Shown here: positions 16,869-28,949 of the stretch, piece after piece
Layout: every line of letters starts with the position of its first letter
Numbering within the stretch: the stretch's first letter is position 1
NCBI GenBank assembly: GCA_049303555.1
Contig: JBAQNF010000025.1
Coordinates: 1-43,209 of the forward strand
DNA: 43,209 nucleotides
Direction: 5' to 3'
DNA from: Candidatus Moraniibacteriota bacterium
GTDB lineage: Bacteria > Patescibacteriota > Minisyncoccia > Moranbacterales > UBA1568
The notes under the pieces: model-generated
Seen by the model: only the letters and a program-made list of their open reading frames with translations
Database searches by the model: none
What the model was told of the DNA's origin: nothing
Translations under genes and position numbers: made by a program

Positions 16869-17410
16869 GTATGCTCGCTAAGAATTTTGCGATAGGTGTG
16901 CAGATGGTTATCAAGGATGGTAGCCGTGTATTGCTTACCAAGCGGGAAGACTACGAAGTCTGGTGCCTGCCCGGTGGAGGGATTGACTCTGGGGAAAGTT
17001 TTGCGGAAGCAGCTATTCGAGAAGCCAAAGAGGAAACAGGGCTGGAGGTTCGCATCAAGAGACTGATAGGCGTATACTCTCGTCCTACTGAGAATTGCTA
17101 TAACCTGGTCTATGAGGGTGAGATTGTTGGTGGTGAAATTATGCAGGTTTCGAGAGAAGTGATTGAGATTGGTTGGTTTGATTATCGTGAGCTCCCGGAT
17201 CACACGATGATTTTTTATGAATACCTGATCAAGGATGCCTTTGAGTTTACTGAGCCAGTGGGTTGGAAGATTACCACCCCGAATCCTTTTGGGGATAAAA
17301 ACTACAAAGAGATGTATGCTCTGCGTGATGCCTCAGGACTTTCGAGGAAAGATTTCTATATGAAGTATTTTGGAAATCGAGCCGACTATGCAGAGATACG
17401 AGAGTGGTAG
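16865..17410 (+). CDS. NUDIX hydrolase (canonical Nudix box)
   Basis: GGGIDSGESFAEAAIREAKEETGLEV matches GX5EX7REUXEEXGU. The start overlaps the metG stop (ATGA). Confidence 0.85.
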   Translation: MSMLAKNFAIGVQMVIKDGSRVLLTKREDYEVWCLPGGGIDSGESFAEAAIREAKEETGLEVRIKRLIGVYSRPTENCYNLVYEGEIVGGEIMQVSREVIEIGWFDYRELPDHTMIFYEYLIKDAFEFTEPVGWKITTPNPFGDKNYKEMYALRDASGLSRKDFYMKYFGNRADYAEIREW

Positions 17411-17438
17411 TCTGATAAAAGGAAAAAGCGCAAGAATT

Positions 17439-18296
17439 ATGCAGGATATTCATACTCATCTCTACTGGAAAAGTTACGATGCGGATCGCGATGCGGTGGT
17501 GGCACGGGCGCGGGCAGCCGGCGTGAAGGAAATGCTGGTGATCGGTTGCACGGTAGAGGAGAGTCGCCAGGCTATTGCAGTCGCTGAGCAGTATCCGAAT
17601 ACGTATGCGTCCATCGGACTTCACCCTCAGGAATTCTTTGATGAATCCGGTCCACCAGCTGGCGGATTGAACTTGGAATCTTGGATCGCGGAGCTACGTG
17701 TTTTGGCGAAACATGAAAAAGTCATTGCCATAGGGGAATGTGGTCTTGAATATTATTCTCACAACCCGGAAAAAACGGTTACTGATGAGCAGAAAGAGGC
17801 TCAGAAGCAAGGGTTTTTGGCGCAGATTGAATTGGCGCGAGAACTGAATCTCCCACTCATTCTCCACTGCCGCACCGAGCAGGGGAAGAGTGACGCCTAT
17901 GAGGATGTGTTTGAAATTTTACAAGCTACCAACTACAAACTACCAGCTATTTTGCACTGCTATATGGGTGATACCGAAGTGACACGGAAATTTCTCACTT
18001 TGCCCAATGTGTACTTTTCCTTTACGGGCAACATCACCTATCCGATAAAGAAGCCGGTAGCGGGAACCAAGGATGATCTGACCGAGACCGTGAAGCTTAT
18101 CCCGCTCGAGCGGATATTTACTGAGACCGATTGCCCGTTCCTGACGCCCCAGTCACACCGAGGGGAACGCAATGAGCCGGCCTATGTGATGGAAGTCGCG
18201 GCCAAGATTGCCGAGCTTCAGGGTGTTGATGTGGCGACTGTCGAGCGGGCGACCGAAGCAAATTTCAGAAAAGTTTTTACGAAAATATTAGCTTAA
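17439..18296 (+). CDS. tatD: TatD family metal-dependent hydrolase
   Basis: The N-terminus is MQDIHTHL, with GECGLEYY and LHC motifs typical of TatD. The ATG at 17439 was chosen because the TatD homology begins at the HTH motif. Confidence 0.85.
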   Translation: MQDIHTHLYWKSYDADRDAVVARARAAGVKEMLVIGCTVEESRQAIAVAEQYPNTYASIGLHPQEFFDESGPPAGGLNLESWIAELRVLAKHEKVIAIGECGLEYYSHNPEKTVTDEQKEAQKQGFLAQIELARELNLPLILHCRTEQGKSDAYEDVFEILQATNYKLPAILHCYMGDTEVTRKFLTLPNVYFSFTGNITYPIKKPVAGTKDDLTETVKLIPLERIFTETDCPFLTPQSHRGERNEPAYVMEVAAKIAELQGVDVATVERATEANFRKVFTKILA

Positions 18297-18300
18297 ATAT

Positions 18301-18540
18301 ATGACAGAAAAACTTCCTACCACGAAGTCTCCTGAGAAGAAACTGGAAGATATGACACTTGCTGAACTGGAACAAAAAATTGCGGTGCTGACTGAAGAGT
18401 TGAGGGTTTTGCTTGCAACACCAGATAAGGATGTTTTGGCGCGGTTGAGGATAATAGAAATACCGAGGAAAATCAATGAAATCGCCCCGTACGAAATGCA
18501 GAGACAAAGACTGCTTTTTCCTGACCCGGAGCAGGAGTAA
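18301..18540 (+). CDS. hypothetical small protein (79 aa, predicted helical)
   Basis: ORF only; no family was recognised. It lies 4 nt after the tatD stop. Confidence 0.4.
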   Translation: MTEKLPTTKSPEKKLEDMTLAELEQKIAVLTEELRVLLATPDKDVLARLRIIEIPRKINEIAPYEMQRQRLLFPDPEQE

Positions 18541-18674
18541 GAAGAAGTGCTCTGGTGGGTTTGAATTCGGGGACGGTTTACTCCTCTTGACAGTACGATA
18601 TGGGTGTGACAGAGTGCAGGGTAATCAACAGGAGCGTTTCTGTTGGTGCACCACTGTTCTTTGGGAGAATTGTT

Positions 18675-19037
18675 ATGCCCAATGATAAAAAATCCCTTGA
18701 GGAAGCTCGAAGATGCGCTTTTTCTTGGATGATACAGCTGCGTGCCATTGGGGCGCCAGAGATTCTGAATCACGAGTTGTTTCAATACATCGCCATCTTT
18801 GATGATCCGGGCTTTGAAAAGACTTTCCTCAAGCATTTTGGACCGCCATCCGGCCAGGTTGTTGCTGACTCGGAGGAGGCAATGGTCTACGCATATAAAC
18901 AATATGCTCATGCCTTTGAAATGGTGCATGCAACCCTTCTGAATACGGGTGCCCGAACTGAGGAGATTGGGAAGTTATTACCCAAGAGCCCAAAGAGCAT
19001 TCTGTATCAGGGGCAATCTCCGCGGTACACACAGTAA
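18675..19037 (+). CDS. hypothetical protein (120 aa; start uncertain, alternative ATG at 18600)
   Basis: GGGAGA lies 7 nt upstream of the ATG at 18675, and a terminator follows the stop. No family was recognised. Confidence 0.45.
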   Translation: MPNDKKSLEEARRCAFSWMIQLRAIGAPEILNHELFQYIAIFDDPGFEKTFLKHFGPPSGQVVADSEEAMVYAYKQYAHAFEMVHATLLNTGARTEEIGKLLPKSPKSILYQGQSPRYTQ

Positions 19038-19043
19038 TTGAAA

Positions 19044-19076
19044 GTCCTGGTAGTAATGCTGCCCGGACATTTTTTT
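19044..19076 (+). terminator. intrinsic terminator
   Basis: GTCCTGG/CCCGGAC stem (one mismatch), 11-nt loop, then ATTTTTTT. Confidence 0.6.
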
Positions 19077-19099
19077 ACCCTTAAGTAAGCCATGATCTA

Positions 19100-19128
19100 T
19101 TGACTTTCATCTCAAAAAGGTGTATAAT
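19100..19128 (+). promoter_or_regulatory. consensus sigma70 promoter (TTGACT-17-TATAAT, with TG-extended -10)
   Basis: TTGACT at 19100-19105, a 17-nt spacer ending in TG, then TATAAT at 19123-19128. Confidence 0.7.
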
Positions 19129-19167
19129 GGCGAAAGGAACAGTAAATTATTTTTTATACTTTATCCT

Positions 19168-19602
19168 ATGGGCAGTGGATTTGAACACATCAAGAGAGCC
19201 AAAGAAGTACCAGATGACAACCACAACTTAAGGACTGTCAGCGCTGCTGAGGGAAAGGGTGATGTGGCTGCCTGGACTGCTCATGTTGAAGGAAGCTCGG
19301 CCCCAGAGAAAATGATGGGAGTTTTGAAGACGGAAAGTGGATCTAAGATGGCGCCTCAGTTGCGAGTAGAGCTTGCTCAGGTGAGTGAAGAGATTGCCGC
19401 GACGACAGAAAGTGTTGTGGCGCTGCAGAAGGCCTTTGAAGAAGGTCAGATAAAGATGGCGGAAAATACCAACAAAGAATTAGAAGGTATTAACGAGAAG
19501 ATAAAAGCACAGGCAACACAAGAAATTAAAGCTCTCGAGGTCAAGGTTGATCTTTTGAAAGCCAGACAGGCTTCTTTGGAACGTGACTTGCAAAATCTCT
19601 AA
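19168..19602 (+). CDS. hypothetical protein with a C-terminal coiled-coil-like half (144 aa)
   Basis: The first ATG downstream of the predicted TSS. The C-terminal half is rich in E/K/Q/A/L. No family was recognised. Confidence 0.5.
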   Translation: MGSGFEHIKRAKEVPDDNHNLRTVSAAEGKGDVAAWTAHVEGSSAPEKMMGVLKTESGSKMAPQLRVELAQVSEEIAATTESVVALQKAFEEGQIKMAENTNKELEGINEKIKAQATQEIKALEVKVDLLKARQASLERDLQNL

Positions 19603-19613
19603 AGGGATTTTGT

Positions 19614-19642
19614 TTGACCTTTTTCAATTTGATTGATACAAT
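19614..19642 (+). promoter_or_regulatory. promoter-like element (TTGACC-17-TACAAT) upstream of the atp operon
   Basis: TTGACC at 19614-19619, a 17-nt spacer, then TACAAT at 19637-19642. It lies immediately before a terminator hairpin, so its role is ambiguous. Confidence 0.4.
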
Positions 19643-19668
19643 AGAGGCGCTTTATAAGCGCCTTTTTT
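19643..19668 (+). terminator. intrinsic terminator (AGGCGCTT-TAT-AAGCGCCT + T6)
   Basis: 8-bp perfect stem, 3-nt loop and a T6 tract ending at 19668. Confidence 0.7.
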
Positions 19669-20434
19669 GTATATCGGAGTGGAAATATCAATTGCTGCGG
19701 AAAAACTGTTTAGCCTGGGATTGTTGCCCGTCACCAATGCTTTATTCATTGGTGTGCTTGTCAGTGCTCTCCTTATATTCTTCATCACTCGGGTGACCAA
19801 GAATCCGACCCTGGTACCACGCGGTTTGCAAAATATCATCGAGATTATCTTCGAAGCGCTGCTTGAGCTGGTGGAGAGCGTCACCCAGGACAAGAAACAG
19901 GCGCGCCAATTTTTCCCTCTCATCGCGACAATCTTTCTCTTCATCCTGATTGCCAACTGGGCCGGACTGTTGCCGGGGCTCGGCACGGTGGGACTGAATC
20001 ATGTGAGCGAGACGGGGCATGCCACTATCATCCCGTTTCTTCGCAGTACTTCAGCTGACCTCAACTTCACCTTGGCCCTGTCCCTCATCACCGTCATCAC
20101 GGTACAGTTTACCGGTATTGCGGCGCTCGGGATCGTGAAGTATGGCAAGAAGTTTCTCATCAGCCCATTTCATAAGCCCTACGGTATCGGCATGGTGGTC
20201 GGTATCCTCGAGCTGGTCTCTGAGCTGGGCAAGATTATTTCCTTTACCTTTCGTCTCTTCGGGAATGTGTTTGCAGGAGAAGTGCTCCTCACTGTCATGC
20301 TTCACCTGGTGCCATATTTTCTGCCATTGCCGTTTATGTTCCTCGAAGTGTTCGTCGGGTTTATCCAGGCGGTGGTGTTTGCTATGTTGACCCTGGTGTT
20401 TCTCAAGATGGCCACATTGGCACCAGAACACTAG
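19667..20434 (+). CDS. atpB: F0F1 ATP synthase subunit a
   Basis: Multi-TM protein with the conserved R in the FRLFGNVFAGE motif. The start is uncertain: either TTG at 19667 or GTG at 19679. Confidence 0.88.
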   Translation: MYIGVEISIAAEKLFSLGLLPVTNALFIGVLVSALLIFFITRVTKNPTLVPRGLQNIIEIIFEALLELVESVTQDKKQARQFFPLIATIFLFILIANWAGLLPGLGTVGLNHVSETGHATIIPFLRSTSADLNFTLALSLITVITVQFTGIAALGIVKYGKKFLISPFHKPYGIGMVVGILELVSELGKIISFTFRLFGNVFAGEVLLTVMLHLVPYFLPLPFMFLEVFVGFIQAVVFAMLTLVFLKMATLAPEH

Positions 20435-20492
20435 AAGTGGACAGAAATGGAAAATGGCTCTATAATAGGTCAGTCTCATAAGTGAAATTTAA

Positions 20493-20741
<249 letters not shown>

Positions 20742-20751
20742 TTTTCTTGTC

Positions 20752-21234
20752 ATGGAAGTCCTCGCAAAACTTGGTATTGATTGGAAACTCCTCCTCGCGC
20801 AGGCAGTAAACTTCGCAGTGCTCTTTTGGGTACTGCGTCGTTTTGCCTATCAGCCGATGCTTGACTTTCTCGAGAAGCGCACGGTGCGTATCGAGCAGGG
20901 TCTGAAAGACGCCGAAGCAGCGACGGCCAAACTGAGTGAACTCGAAGTGAAGGAAAAAGCTGTTTTGGGTGAAGCTCGTACCGAAGCCAAGGCCATCATC
21001 GCGGCCGCTGAAGAGTCGGCCAAGAAGCGTGATGCGGAACACACGCTTGCGACCGAGGCCAAAGTGAAGCGTCTGCTCGAAGAAGCAGAAGTAAAAATCC
21101 GCGAAGAGAAGGATAGGGCGATGGCCGGAGCCAAAGAAGAGATTGGGGAGCTGGTCATGCTCTCGGTTGAAAAGATTCTTCGGGAAAAAATAGATGCCAC
21201 GAAGGATAAAGAGCTCTTGGAGAAAGCGAAGTAA
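20752..21234 (+). CDS. atpF: F0F1 ATP synthase subunit b
   Basis: An N-terminal TM followed by a long charged helix; position in the operon supports the call. Confidence 0.85.
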   Translation: MEVLAKLGIDWKLLLAQAVNFAVLFWVLRRFAYQPMLDFLEKRTVRIEQGLKDAEAATAKLSELEVKEKAVLGEARTEAKAIIAAAEESAKKRDAEHTLATEAKVKRLLEEAEVKIREEKDRAMAGAKEEIGELVMLSVEKILREKIDATKDKELLEKAK

Positions 21235-21249
21235 TTTTTCTTCTGTTGT

Positions 21250-21645
21250 ATGCATCCTACTGTCTCACAATATGCCGAGGCGCTTGAAGCACTCTCTGAG
21301 GAGGGTGTTTCGACAAAAGATCTTACCAGGAATTTCTTGGGTTTTTTGAAACGTCGGGGTGAGTCGGACAAGGTAGGAGCAGTGGTAGTACAACTGGAAA
21401 AGAGGGCCGAGGCCCAGTCGGGGAAAATATCTGTGACCGTTGTGACAGCTCACGAGCTAGAGGGGGAAATGAAGGCGTTGCTCCTGAAAAAGGCAGAGAG
21501 TATTTTTCCTGGGAAATCGGTCGTCCTCACGTATCGGGTAGACGGTGCGGTCATCGGAGGGGCGCGTTTTGAAACCAGTGAGATGCTCTACGATGCCACG
21601 GTTGGAGCGGAGTTCCGAGCACTCAAAAAAGTAATCTGTAAGTAA
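21250..21645 (+). CDS. atpH: F0F1 ATP synthase subunit delta (short, 131 aa)
   Basis: Operon position, plus a C-terminal VIGGARFETSEMLYDATV segment resembling the OSCP/delta C-terminus. Confidence 0.7.
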   Translation: MHPTVSQYAEALEALSEEGVSTKDLTRNFLGFLKRRGESDKVGAVVVQLEKRAEAQSGKISVTVVTAHELEGEMKALLLKKAESIFPGKSVVLTYRVDGAVIGGARFETSEMLYDATVGAEFRALKKVICK

Positions 21646-21682
21646 TAGTGGAGTTTTGAATTTCGAATTTTGTTTCATCAAT

Positions 21683-21710
21683 ATTCTGAATTCTAAATTC
21701 TACATTCTGA
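21683..21710 (+). repeat. ATTCNNN heptad array x4 upstream of atpA
   Basis: ATTCTGA ATTCTAA ATTCTAC ATTCTGA, then 6 nt (AAAAAT), then ATG at 21717. It lies inside a 71-nt intra-operon spacer. Confidence 0.9.
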
Positions 21711-21716
21711 AAAAAT

Positions 21717-23216
21717 ATGTCCAATCCACTGATTCAAGAATTGAAGTCGCGTATCTCCGAGTTTCATCATGAGCCGAAAGCGGAAGCTATCGGTACGGTG
21801 CTTGAGATTGGTGACGGTGTGGCTCGTGTGGCTGGACTGTCCGATGTCATGGCCGGAGAAATGGTGGAGTTTGAAAATGGCGCCATTGGCGTAGCGCTCA
21901 ACCTCGAAGAGGGCGAAGCGGGTGTCATGCTGCTCGATGAAACGGGAACCCTCGGTGAGGGAGCGACCGCCAAGAGTACTGGGAAGATTTTGTCGGTGCC
22001 GGTTGGTGAGGGCATTATCGGACGCGTTTTGTCGCCACTGGGGTTGCCGATTGATGGCAAGGGTGATATCGAAGCGAAAGCATACTATCCAGTGGAAAAA
22101 ATTGCCCCAGGCGTGATTACTCGGCAGTCGGTCAATCAGCCGCTTCAGACGGGTATCAAGGCTATCGATGCGCTCATCCCGATTGGACGCGGTCAGCGCG
22201 AGCTGATCATCGGTGATCGTCAGACCGGCAAGACCGCTATCGCTATCGATACTATCATCAACCAGAAAGGCCAGGGTGTTATTTGTATCTATGTGGCCAT
22301 CGGCCAGAAGGAATCTAAGGTGGCGCGTATCGTGGCAGAGCTGACCAAGAGCGGCGCTATGGAGTACACCACCGTGGTGGTGGCCGGTGCTTCCGATCCT
22401 TCGGCACTGTCATTTATCGCTCCGTATGCCGGGTGTGCGCTCGGTGAATACTTTATGGATCAGGGCAAGGACGTACTCGTCATCTACGATGATTTGTCCA
22501 AGCACGCTGTCGCCTATCGGCAGATTTCGCTCATTCTCCGTCGTCCGCCAGGTCGCGAAGCCTACCCGGGAGATGTGTTCTATGTCCACTCGCGTCTGCT
22601 CGAGCGTAGCGCCAAGCTCAACAAAGAGAATGGCGGCGGATCACTGACCGCGCTCCCGATTATCGAGACTCAGGCAGGTGATGTATCGGCCTATATTCCG
22701 ACCAACGTCATTTCGATCACTGATGGTCAGATCTATCTGGAATCGGATCTTTTCTACAAGGGTATTCGTCCGGCCTTGAACGTCGGTCTCTCGGTCTCGC
22801 GTGTGGGGTCGGCGGCTCAGATCAAGGCCATCAAGCAGGTGTCGGGGACACTCCGTCTTGACCTGGCCCAGTTCCGAGAGCTTGAGGCTTTCTCACAGTT
22901 CGGTTCTGATCTGGATGAAAAGACTCGGACCATGATCGAGCGTGGTCGTCGTGCCGTGGAAATGTTGAAGCAGCCACAGTACGCTCCGCTGCCGGTAGAA
23001 AAAGAAGTAGTGGTACTCTATGCGCTGACTCGTGGCCATGTCGATGATATCGCAGTGGCAGAGATCAGTCGTTTCGAGCGAGAGCTGGTCACGTATCTGG
23101 ATAACGAAGGAAAAGAAGTGGGCGTTGCAATCCTCAAGGAAAAAGCGCTGACTCCTGAAGTGGAAGAGCTTTTGAAGAAACACATTGTTGAATTTAAGAA
23201 GAGCTTTGCAGTTTAA
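21717..23216 (+). CDS. atpA: F0F1 ATP synthase subunit alpha
   Basis: Walker A motif GDRQTGKT and extensive alpha-subunit motifs. Confidence 0.97.
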   Translation: MSNPLIQELKSRISEFHHEPKAEAIGTVLEIGDGVARVAGLSDVMAGEMVEFENGAIGVALNLEEGEAGVMLLDETGTLGEGATAKSTGKILSVPVGEGIIGRVLSPLGLPIDGKGDIEAKAYYPVEKIAPGVITRQSVNQPLQTGIKAIDALIPIGRGQRELIIGDRQTGKTAIAIDTIINQKGQGVICIYVAIGQKESKVARIVAELTKSGAMEYTTVVVAGASDPSALSFIAPYAGCALGEYFMDQGKDVLVIYDDLSKHAVAYRQISLILRRPPGREAYPGDVFYVHSRLLERSAKLNKENGGGSLTALPIIETQAGDVSAYIPTNVISITDGQIYLESDLFYKGIRPALNVGLSVSRVGSAAQIKAIKQVSGTLRLDLAQFRELEAFSQFGSDLDEKTRTMIERGRRAVEMLKQPQYAPLPVEKEVVVLYALTRGHVDDIAVAEISRFERELVTYLDNEGKEVGVAILKEKALTPEVEELLKKHIVEFKKSFAV

Positions 23217-23219
23217 GGT

Positions 23220-25585
<2,366 letters not shown>

Positions 25586-25587
25586 CT

Positions 25588-26052
25588 ATGATTCAATTAA
25601 AAGTCGTTACTCCCGAAAAAACAGTGGTGGAGCAGGAAGTCTATCAGGCAACTCTGCCAGTTTTGGGTGGGGAAGTGACTCTGCTCCCGCATCATGTGCC
25701 ATATATTGGAGCGTTGCGCGCGGGAGAAATTATTTTGCGTACCGAGCAGAATGGCGAGGAAAGCAGTCTTGCTACTTCCGGCGGGTTTGTGGAATTTCAT
25801 GATGATGTCCTCTCTATTCTGGCTGATACGGCGGAACGGGCAGAGGAGATTGATCTGGCACGGGCGGAAGAAGCGCGGGCACGGGCCGAGGAACTGAAAA
25901 AAGAGCGGGTCACCATGGATGATGAGGAATATGCTCGTACCGCTGCTTTGATTGATAAAGAAATGGCGCGAGTGAAAGTGGCTCGTCGCCACGCCACGCG
26001 TCATGGCCTGAGTATCGGCCATCCGGGAGATCGTCCAACTCTTGGGCAGTAA
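25588..26052 (+). CDS. atpC: F0F1 ATP synthase subunit epsilon (with C-terminal extension)
   Basis: N-terminal beta-sandwich, helical hairpin, then an extra basic tail (RRHATRHGLSIGHPGDRPTLGQ). Confidence 0.88.
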   Translation: MIQLKVVTPEKTVVEQEVYQATLPVLGGEVTLLPHHVPYIGALRAGEIILRTEQNGEESSLATSGGFVEFHDDVLSILADTAERAEEIDLARAEEARARAEELKKERVTMDDEEYARTAALIDKEMARVKVARRHATRHGLSIGHPGDRPTLGQ

Positions 26053-26062
26053 GGAACTTCAC

Positions 26063-26089
26063 AAAAATCCGCTTCGGCGGATTTTTTTA
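26063..26089 (+). terminator. intrinsic terminator of the atp operon
   Basis: AAAAATCCGC-TTCG-GCGGATTTTT with a T7 tract. Confidence 0.85.
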
Positions 26090-26117
26090 TCTACGCCGCT
26101 CTTTCAAGTGAGCGGGG

Positions 26118-26146
26118 TTGAAAAAATCGCTTATTTACAGTACAGT
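26118..26146 (+). promoter_or_regulatory. promoter-like element TTGAAA-17-TACAGT upstream of leuS
   Basis: Hexamers at 26118-26123 and 26141-26146 with a 17-nt spacer. Confidence 0.45.
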
Positions 26147-26172
26147 AGGGAAGTAATGCTGAAGAAAACACC

Positions 26173-28614
26173 ATGAAAAAAGGCTACGATCCGCAGAAAA
26201 TTGAAGGCAAATGGCAGAAGGTCTGGGCCAAACAAGGCCTACCGAAAAAAGCTGGAAAAAAAGGAAAATACTATATCCTGGACATGTTCCCATATCCGTC
26301 GGGGGATGGGCTGCACGTCGGTCACGTGGAGAACTTCACGGCCACTGATATCCTGGCTCGCTTCAAGCGCTTCCAAGGGGCGGATGTACTCCGGCCGATG
26401 GGCTGGGATGCTTTTGGGTTGCCGGCTGAAAATTTTGCGATCAAAACAGGGATTCATCCGAGCAAAAAGACACTGGAATCAATCAAAAATTTCAAGCGCC
26501 AGATGCAGTCGATCGGCCTCTCGTATGACTGGAGTCGTGAGATCAATACCTCGAGTCCGGAGTACTACCGATGGACCCAGTGGATGTTTCTCTTTCTTTA
26601 CAAAAATGGTCTGGCCTACAAGAAAAAAGCCAAGGTCAACTGGTGTGACAAGGATGCGACAGTGCTGGCCAATGAACAGGTGATTGATGGTAAATGTGAT
26701 CGTTGTGGTAGCGTAGTGGTACAAAAGGATCTGGAGCAGTGGTTTTTCAAGATTACTGATTTTGTCGAACCAACCAAAAGTAAAGACGGGAAGAAAGTTT
26801 CCGGACTGCTCTCTGGTCTCGACAAGATCGATTGGCCGGAGTCTACCAAGGCCGCCCAGAAGCACTGGATTGGCCGCTCTGAGGGTGCCGAGGTGGTGTT
26901 CTATGTGGCTGATACCGAAGAGGAGATACGGGTGTTTACGACCCGTTTGGACACGATCTATGGGTGTACGTATGTGGTAGTAGCGCCAGAGCACGAACTC
27001 GTGAAGAAGCTCGAATCACACATCTCGAATCTGGCTGAAGTCAAAAAATATCTGACTGTCACCAAAAAGAAAACGGATCTCGAACGCACGGAGCTGAACA
27101 AGGAAAAGACGGGCGTGTGTCTGCAGGGGATCGAAGTGGTACATCCGTTCACAGGCGAGCGCCTGCCGGTCTATGCGGCTGATTACGTACTGGCCACCTA
27201 TGGTACTGGTGCGGTCATGGGCGTGCCCGCCCACGACGAACGCGATTTTGCTTTTGCGAAGAAATATCAACTCGAGATACTCGAAGTCATACAAGGTGCT
27301 GAAACAAACAATGGAGAAAATCCATATACGGATGACGGCAGACTAATCTCATCGAAAGAATTTTCTGGACTGACGTCAGAAGAAGCGCGGGAGAAAATGG
27401 TGGCTTGGCTACGGAAAGAAAAACTAGGGAAGAAAGTGGTGAACTACCGCCTGCGTGACTGGCTCATTTCTCGCCAGCGCTACTGGGGGGCACCCATTCC
27501 GATTATCTACTGTGACGACTGTGGGGCAGTTCCAGTACCGGACAAAGATCTGCCGGTGAAACTTCCAACCGATGTAGACTTCCGCCCGACCGGGGAATCA
27601 CCACTGGTGCGTTCCAAGAGTTTCCATAAAGTGAAGTGTCCGCAGTGTGGGGCAAAAGCCAGACGAGAGAGCGACACCATGGATACGTTCGTCTGTTCGA
27701 GCTGGTACTACTTACGCTTTGCTGATCCGCAAAATACCAAACAGTTTGCTTCGAAAAAAGCTCTGGCTAAATATCTGCCTGTAGATTTCTATATGGGCGG
27801 AGCCGAGCACACGGTGCTGCATCTTCTCTATGCTCGTTTTTTCACCAAGGCACTCATGAAGCATGGGTATCTTGGCTTTGATGAGCCGTTTCAGAAGCTC
27901 CGTCACCAGGGGATGATTTTGGCGCAGGATGGTCAGAAGATGTCTAAGTCCAAGGGCAATGTGGTCAACCCGGACCAGGTAGTGGCTGAGTTTGGGGCGG
28001 ATAGCCTGCGCCTCTATGAGATGTTTATGGGCCCGCTCGAAGACATGAAGGCCTGGAATACCGGGAGCATCATCGGGGTCCGTCGGTTTCTCGAAAAAGT
28101 ATGGAAACTTTCCGAGCGAAGCATGAATTCTGAAACAGGAAGCAAGAATAAGAACATCGAAGGTCTCTTACACCAGACCATCAAAAAAGTTACTGAAGAC
28201 TTGGAGGGGTTGAAATTCAATACCGCTATCAGTGCTTTGATGATTTTGGTAAATGCAATGGAGCGGGAGTCCATACTTCATGCGTCATACATCAAGATTC
28301 TGCTTGTCTTGCTCAGCCCGTTCGCTCCACATATCACGGAAGAGCTGTGGGTAAACTTAGGTGAAAAGAAATCTATTTTTCTCGCGCCGTGGCCACAGTA
28401 TGACAAGAAAAAAATCGTAGCAGAGACGGTCAATGTGGCGGTGCAGGTCAATGGCAAAGTACGCGCCGTACTCCCTATCGCTACTGGTACTAGTGAGGAT
28501 GATGTGAAGGCAGAGGCGCTGGCTGATGTCAATGTGCAAACACACCTCGCTGGCAAGACCGTCCGAAAAGTTATCTACGTCCCAGGAAAAATCGTCAGCA
28601 TCGTCGCTGCCTAG
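26173..28614 (+). CDS. leuS: leucyl-tRNA synthetase
   Basis: FPYPSGDGLHVGH (HIGH) and KMSKSKGN (KMSKS); 813 aa. Confidence 0.96.
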   Translation: MKKGYDPQKIEGKWQKVWAKQGLPKKAGKKGKYYILDMFPYPSGDGLHVGHVENFTATDILARFKRFQGADVLRPMGWDAFGLPAENFAIKTGIHPSKKTLESIKNFKRQMQSIGLSYDWSREINTSSPEYYRWTQWMFLFLYKNGLAYKKKAKVNWCDKDATVLANEQVIDGKCDRCGSVVVQKDLEQWFFKITDFVEPTKSKDGKKVSGLLSGLDKIDWPESTKAAQKHWIGRSEGAEVVFYVADTEEEIRVFTTRLDTIYGCTYVVVAPEHELVKKLESHISNLAEVKKYLTVTKKKTDLERTELNKEKTGVCLQGIEVVHPFTGERLPVYAADYVLATYGTGAVMGVPAHDERDFAFAKKYQLEILEVIQGAETNNGENPYTDDGRLISSKEFSGLTSEEAREKMVAWLRKEKLGKKVVNYRLRDWLISRQRYWGAPIPIIYCDDCGAVPVPDKDLPVKLPTDVDFRPTGESPLVRSKSFHKVKCPQCGAKARRESDTMDTFVCSSWYYLRFADPQNTKQFASKKALAKYLPVDFYMGGAEHTVLHLLYARFFTKALMKHGYLGFDEPFQKLRHQGMILAQDGQKMSKSKGNVVNPDQVVAEFGADSLRLYEMFMGPLEDMKAWNTGSIIGVRRFLEKVWKLSERSMNSETGSKNKNIEGLLHQTIKKVTEDLEGLKFNTAISALMILVNAMERESILHASYIKILLVLLSPFAPHITEELWVNLGEKKSIFLAPWPQYDKKKIVAETVNVAVQVNGKVRAVLPIATGTSEDDVKAEALADVNVQTHLAGKTVRKVIYVPGKIVSIVAA

Positions 28615-28626
28615 TTTCTTTATTGT

Positions 28627-28654
28627 GTCATCCCGGGCTTGACCCGGGATCCAG
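28627..28654 (+). repeat. left hairpin repeat of the GIY-YIG cassette
   Basis: 8-bp perfect stem ATCCCGGG/CCCGGGAT with loop CTTGA. Confidence 0.9.
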
Positions 28655-28657
28655 AAA

Positions 28658-28948
28658 ATGAAAACGTATTACGTGTATATTTTGGCGAGTCAAAGAAACG
28701 GCACGCTCTATGTCGGTGTAACATCCGACTTACTCAAACGTATCTGGGAGCATAAGAATAAAAAAGTAAAAGGCTTTACTGAAAAGTATGGAGTCGATAT
28801 GTTGGTATATTTCGAAGAAACGAATGACGTGCGATCGGCTCTCGAGAGAGAAAAGATTTTAAAAAAATGGAGAAGGGCTTGGAAACTTGAGTTGATTGAA
28901 AAAGAAAATCCAGAGTGGAAAGATCTGTATGAGAAGATGATTACTTAA
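28658..28948 (+). CDS. GIY-YIG (URI-domain) nuclease family protein
   Basis: YYVYILASQRNGTLYVGVTSDLLKRIWEH...EREKILKKW matches the small stand-alone GIY-YIG (YhbQ/COG2827-like) pattern. Confidence 0.85.
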   Translation: MKTYYVYILASQRNGTLYVGVTSDLLKRIWEHKNKKVKGFTEKYGVDMLVYFEETNDVRSALEREKILKKWRRAWKLELIEKENPEWKDLYEKMIT

Positions 28949-28949
28949 C

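Noticed and set aside
19667-19693. A precise atpB start codon.
   Set aside because: TTG at 19667 lies in the terminator T-tract, GTG at 19679 overlaps its own GGAG, and there is no clean ATG. The start is left at the ORF-track coordinate and flagged as uncertain.
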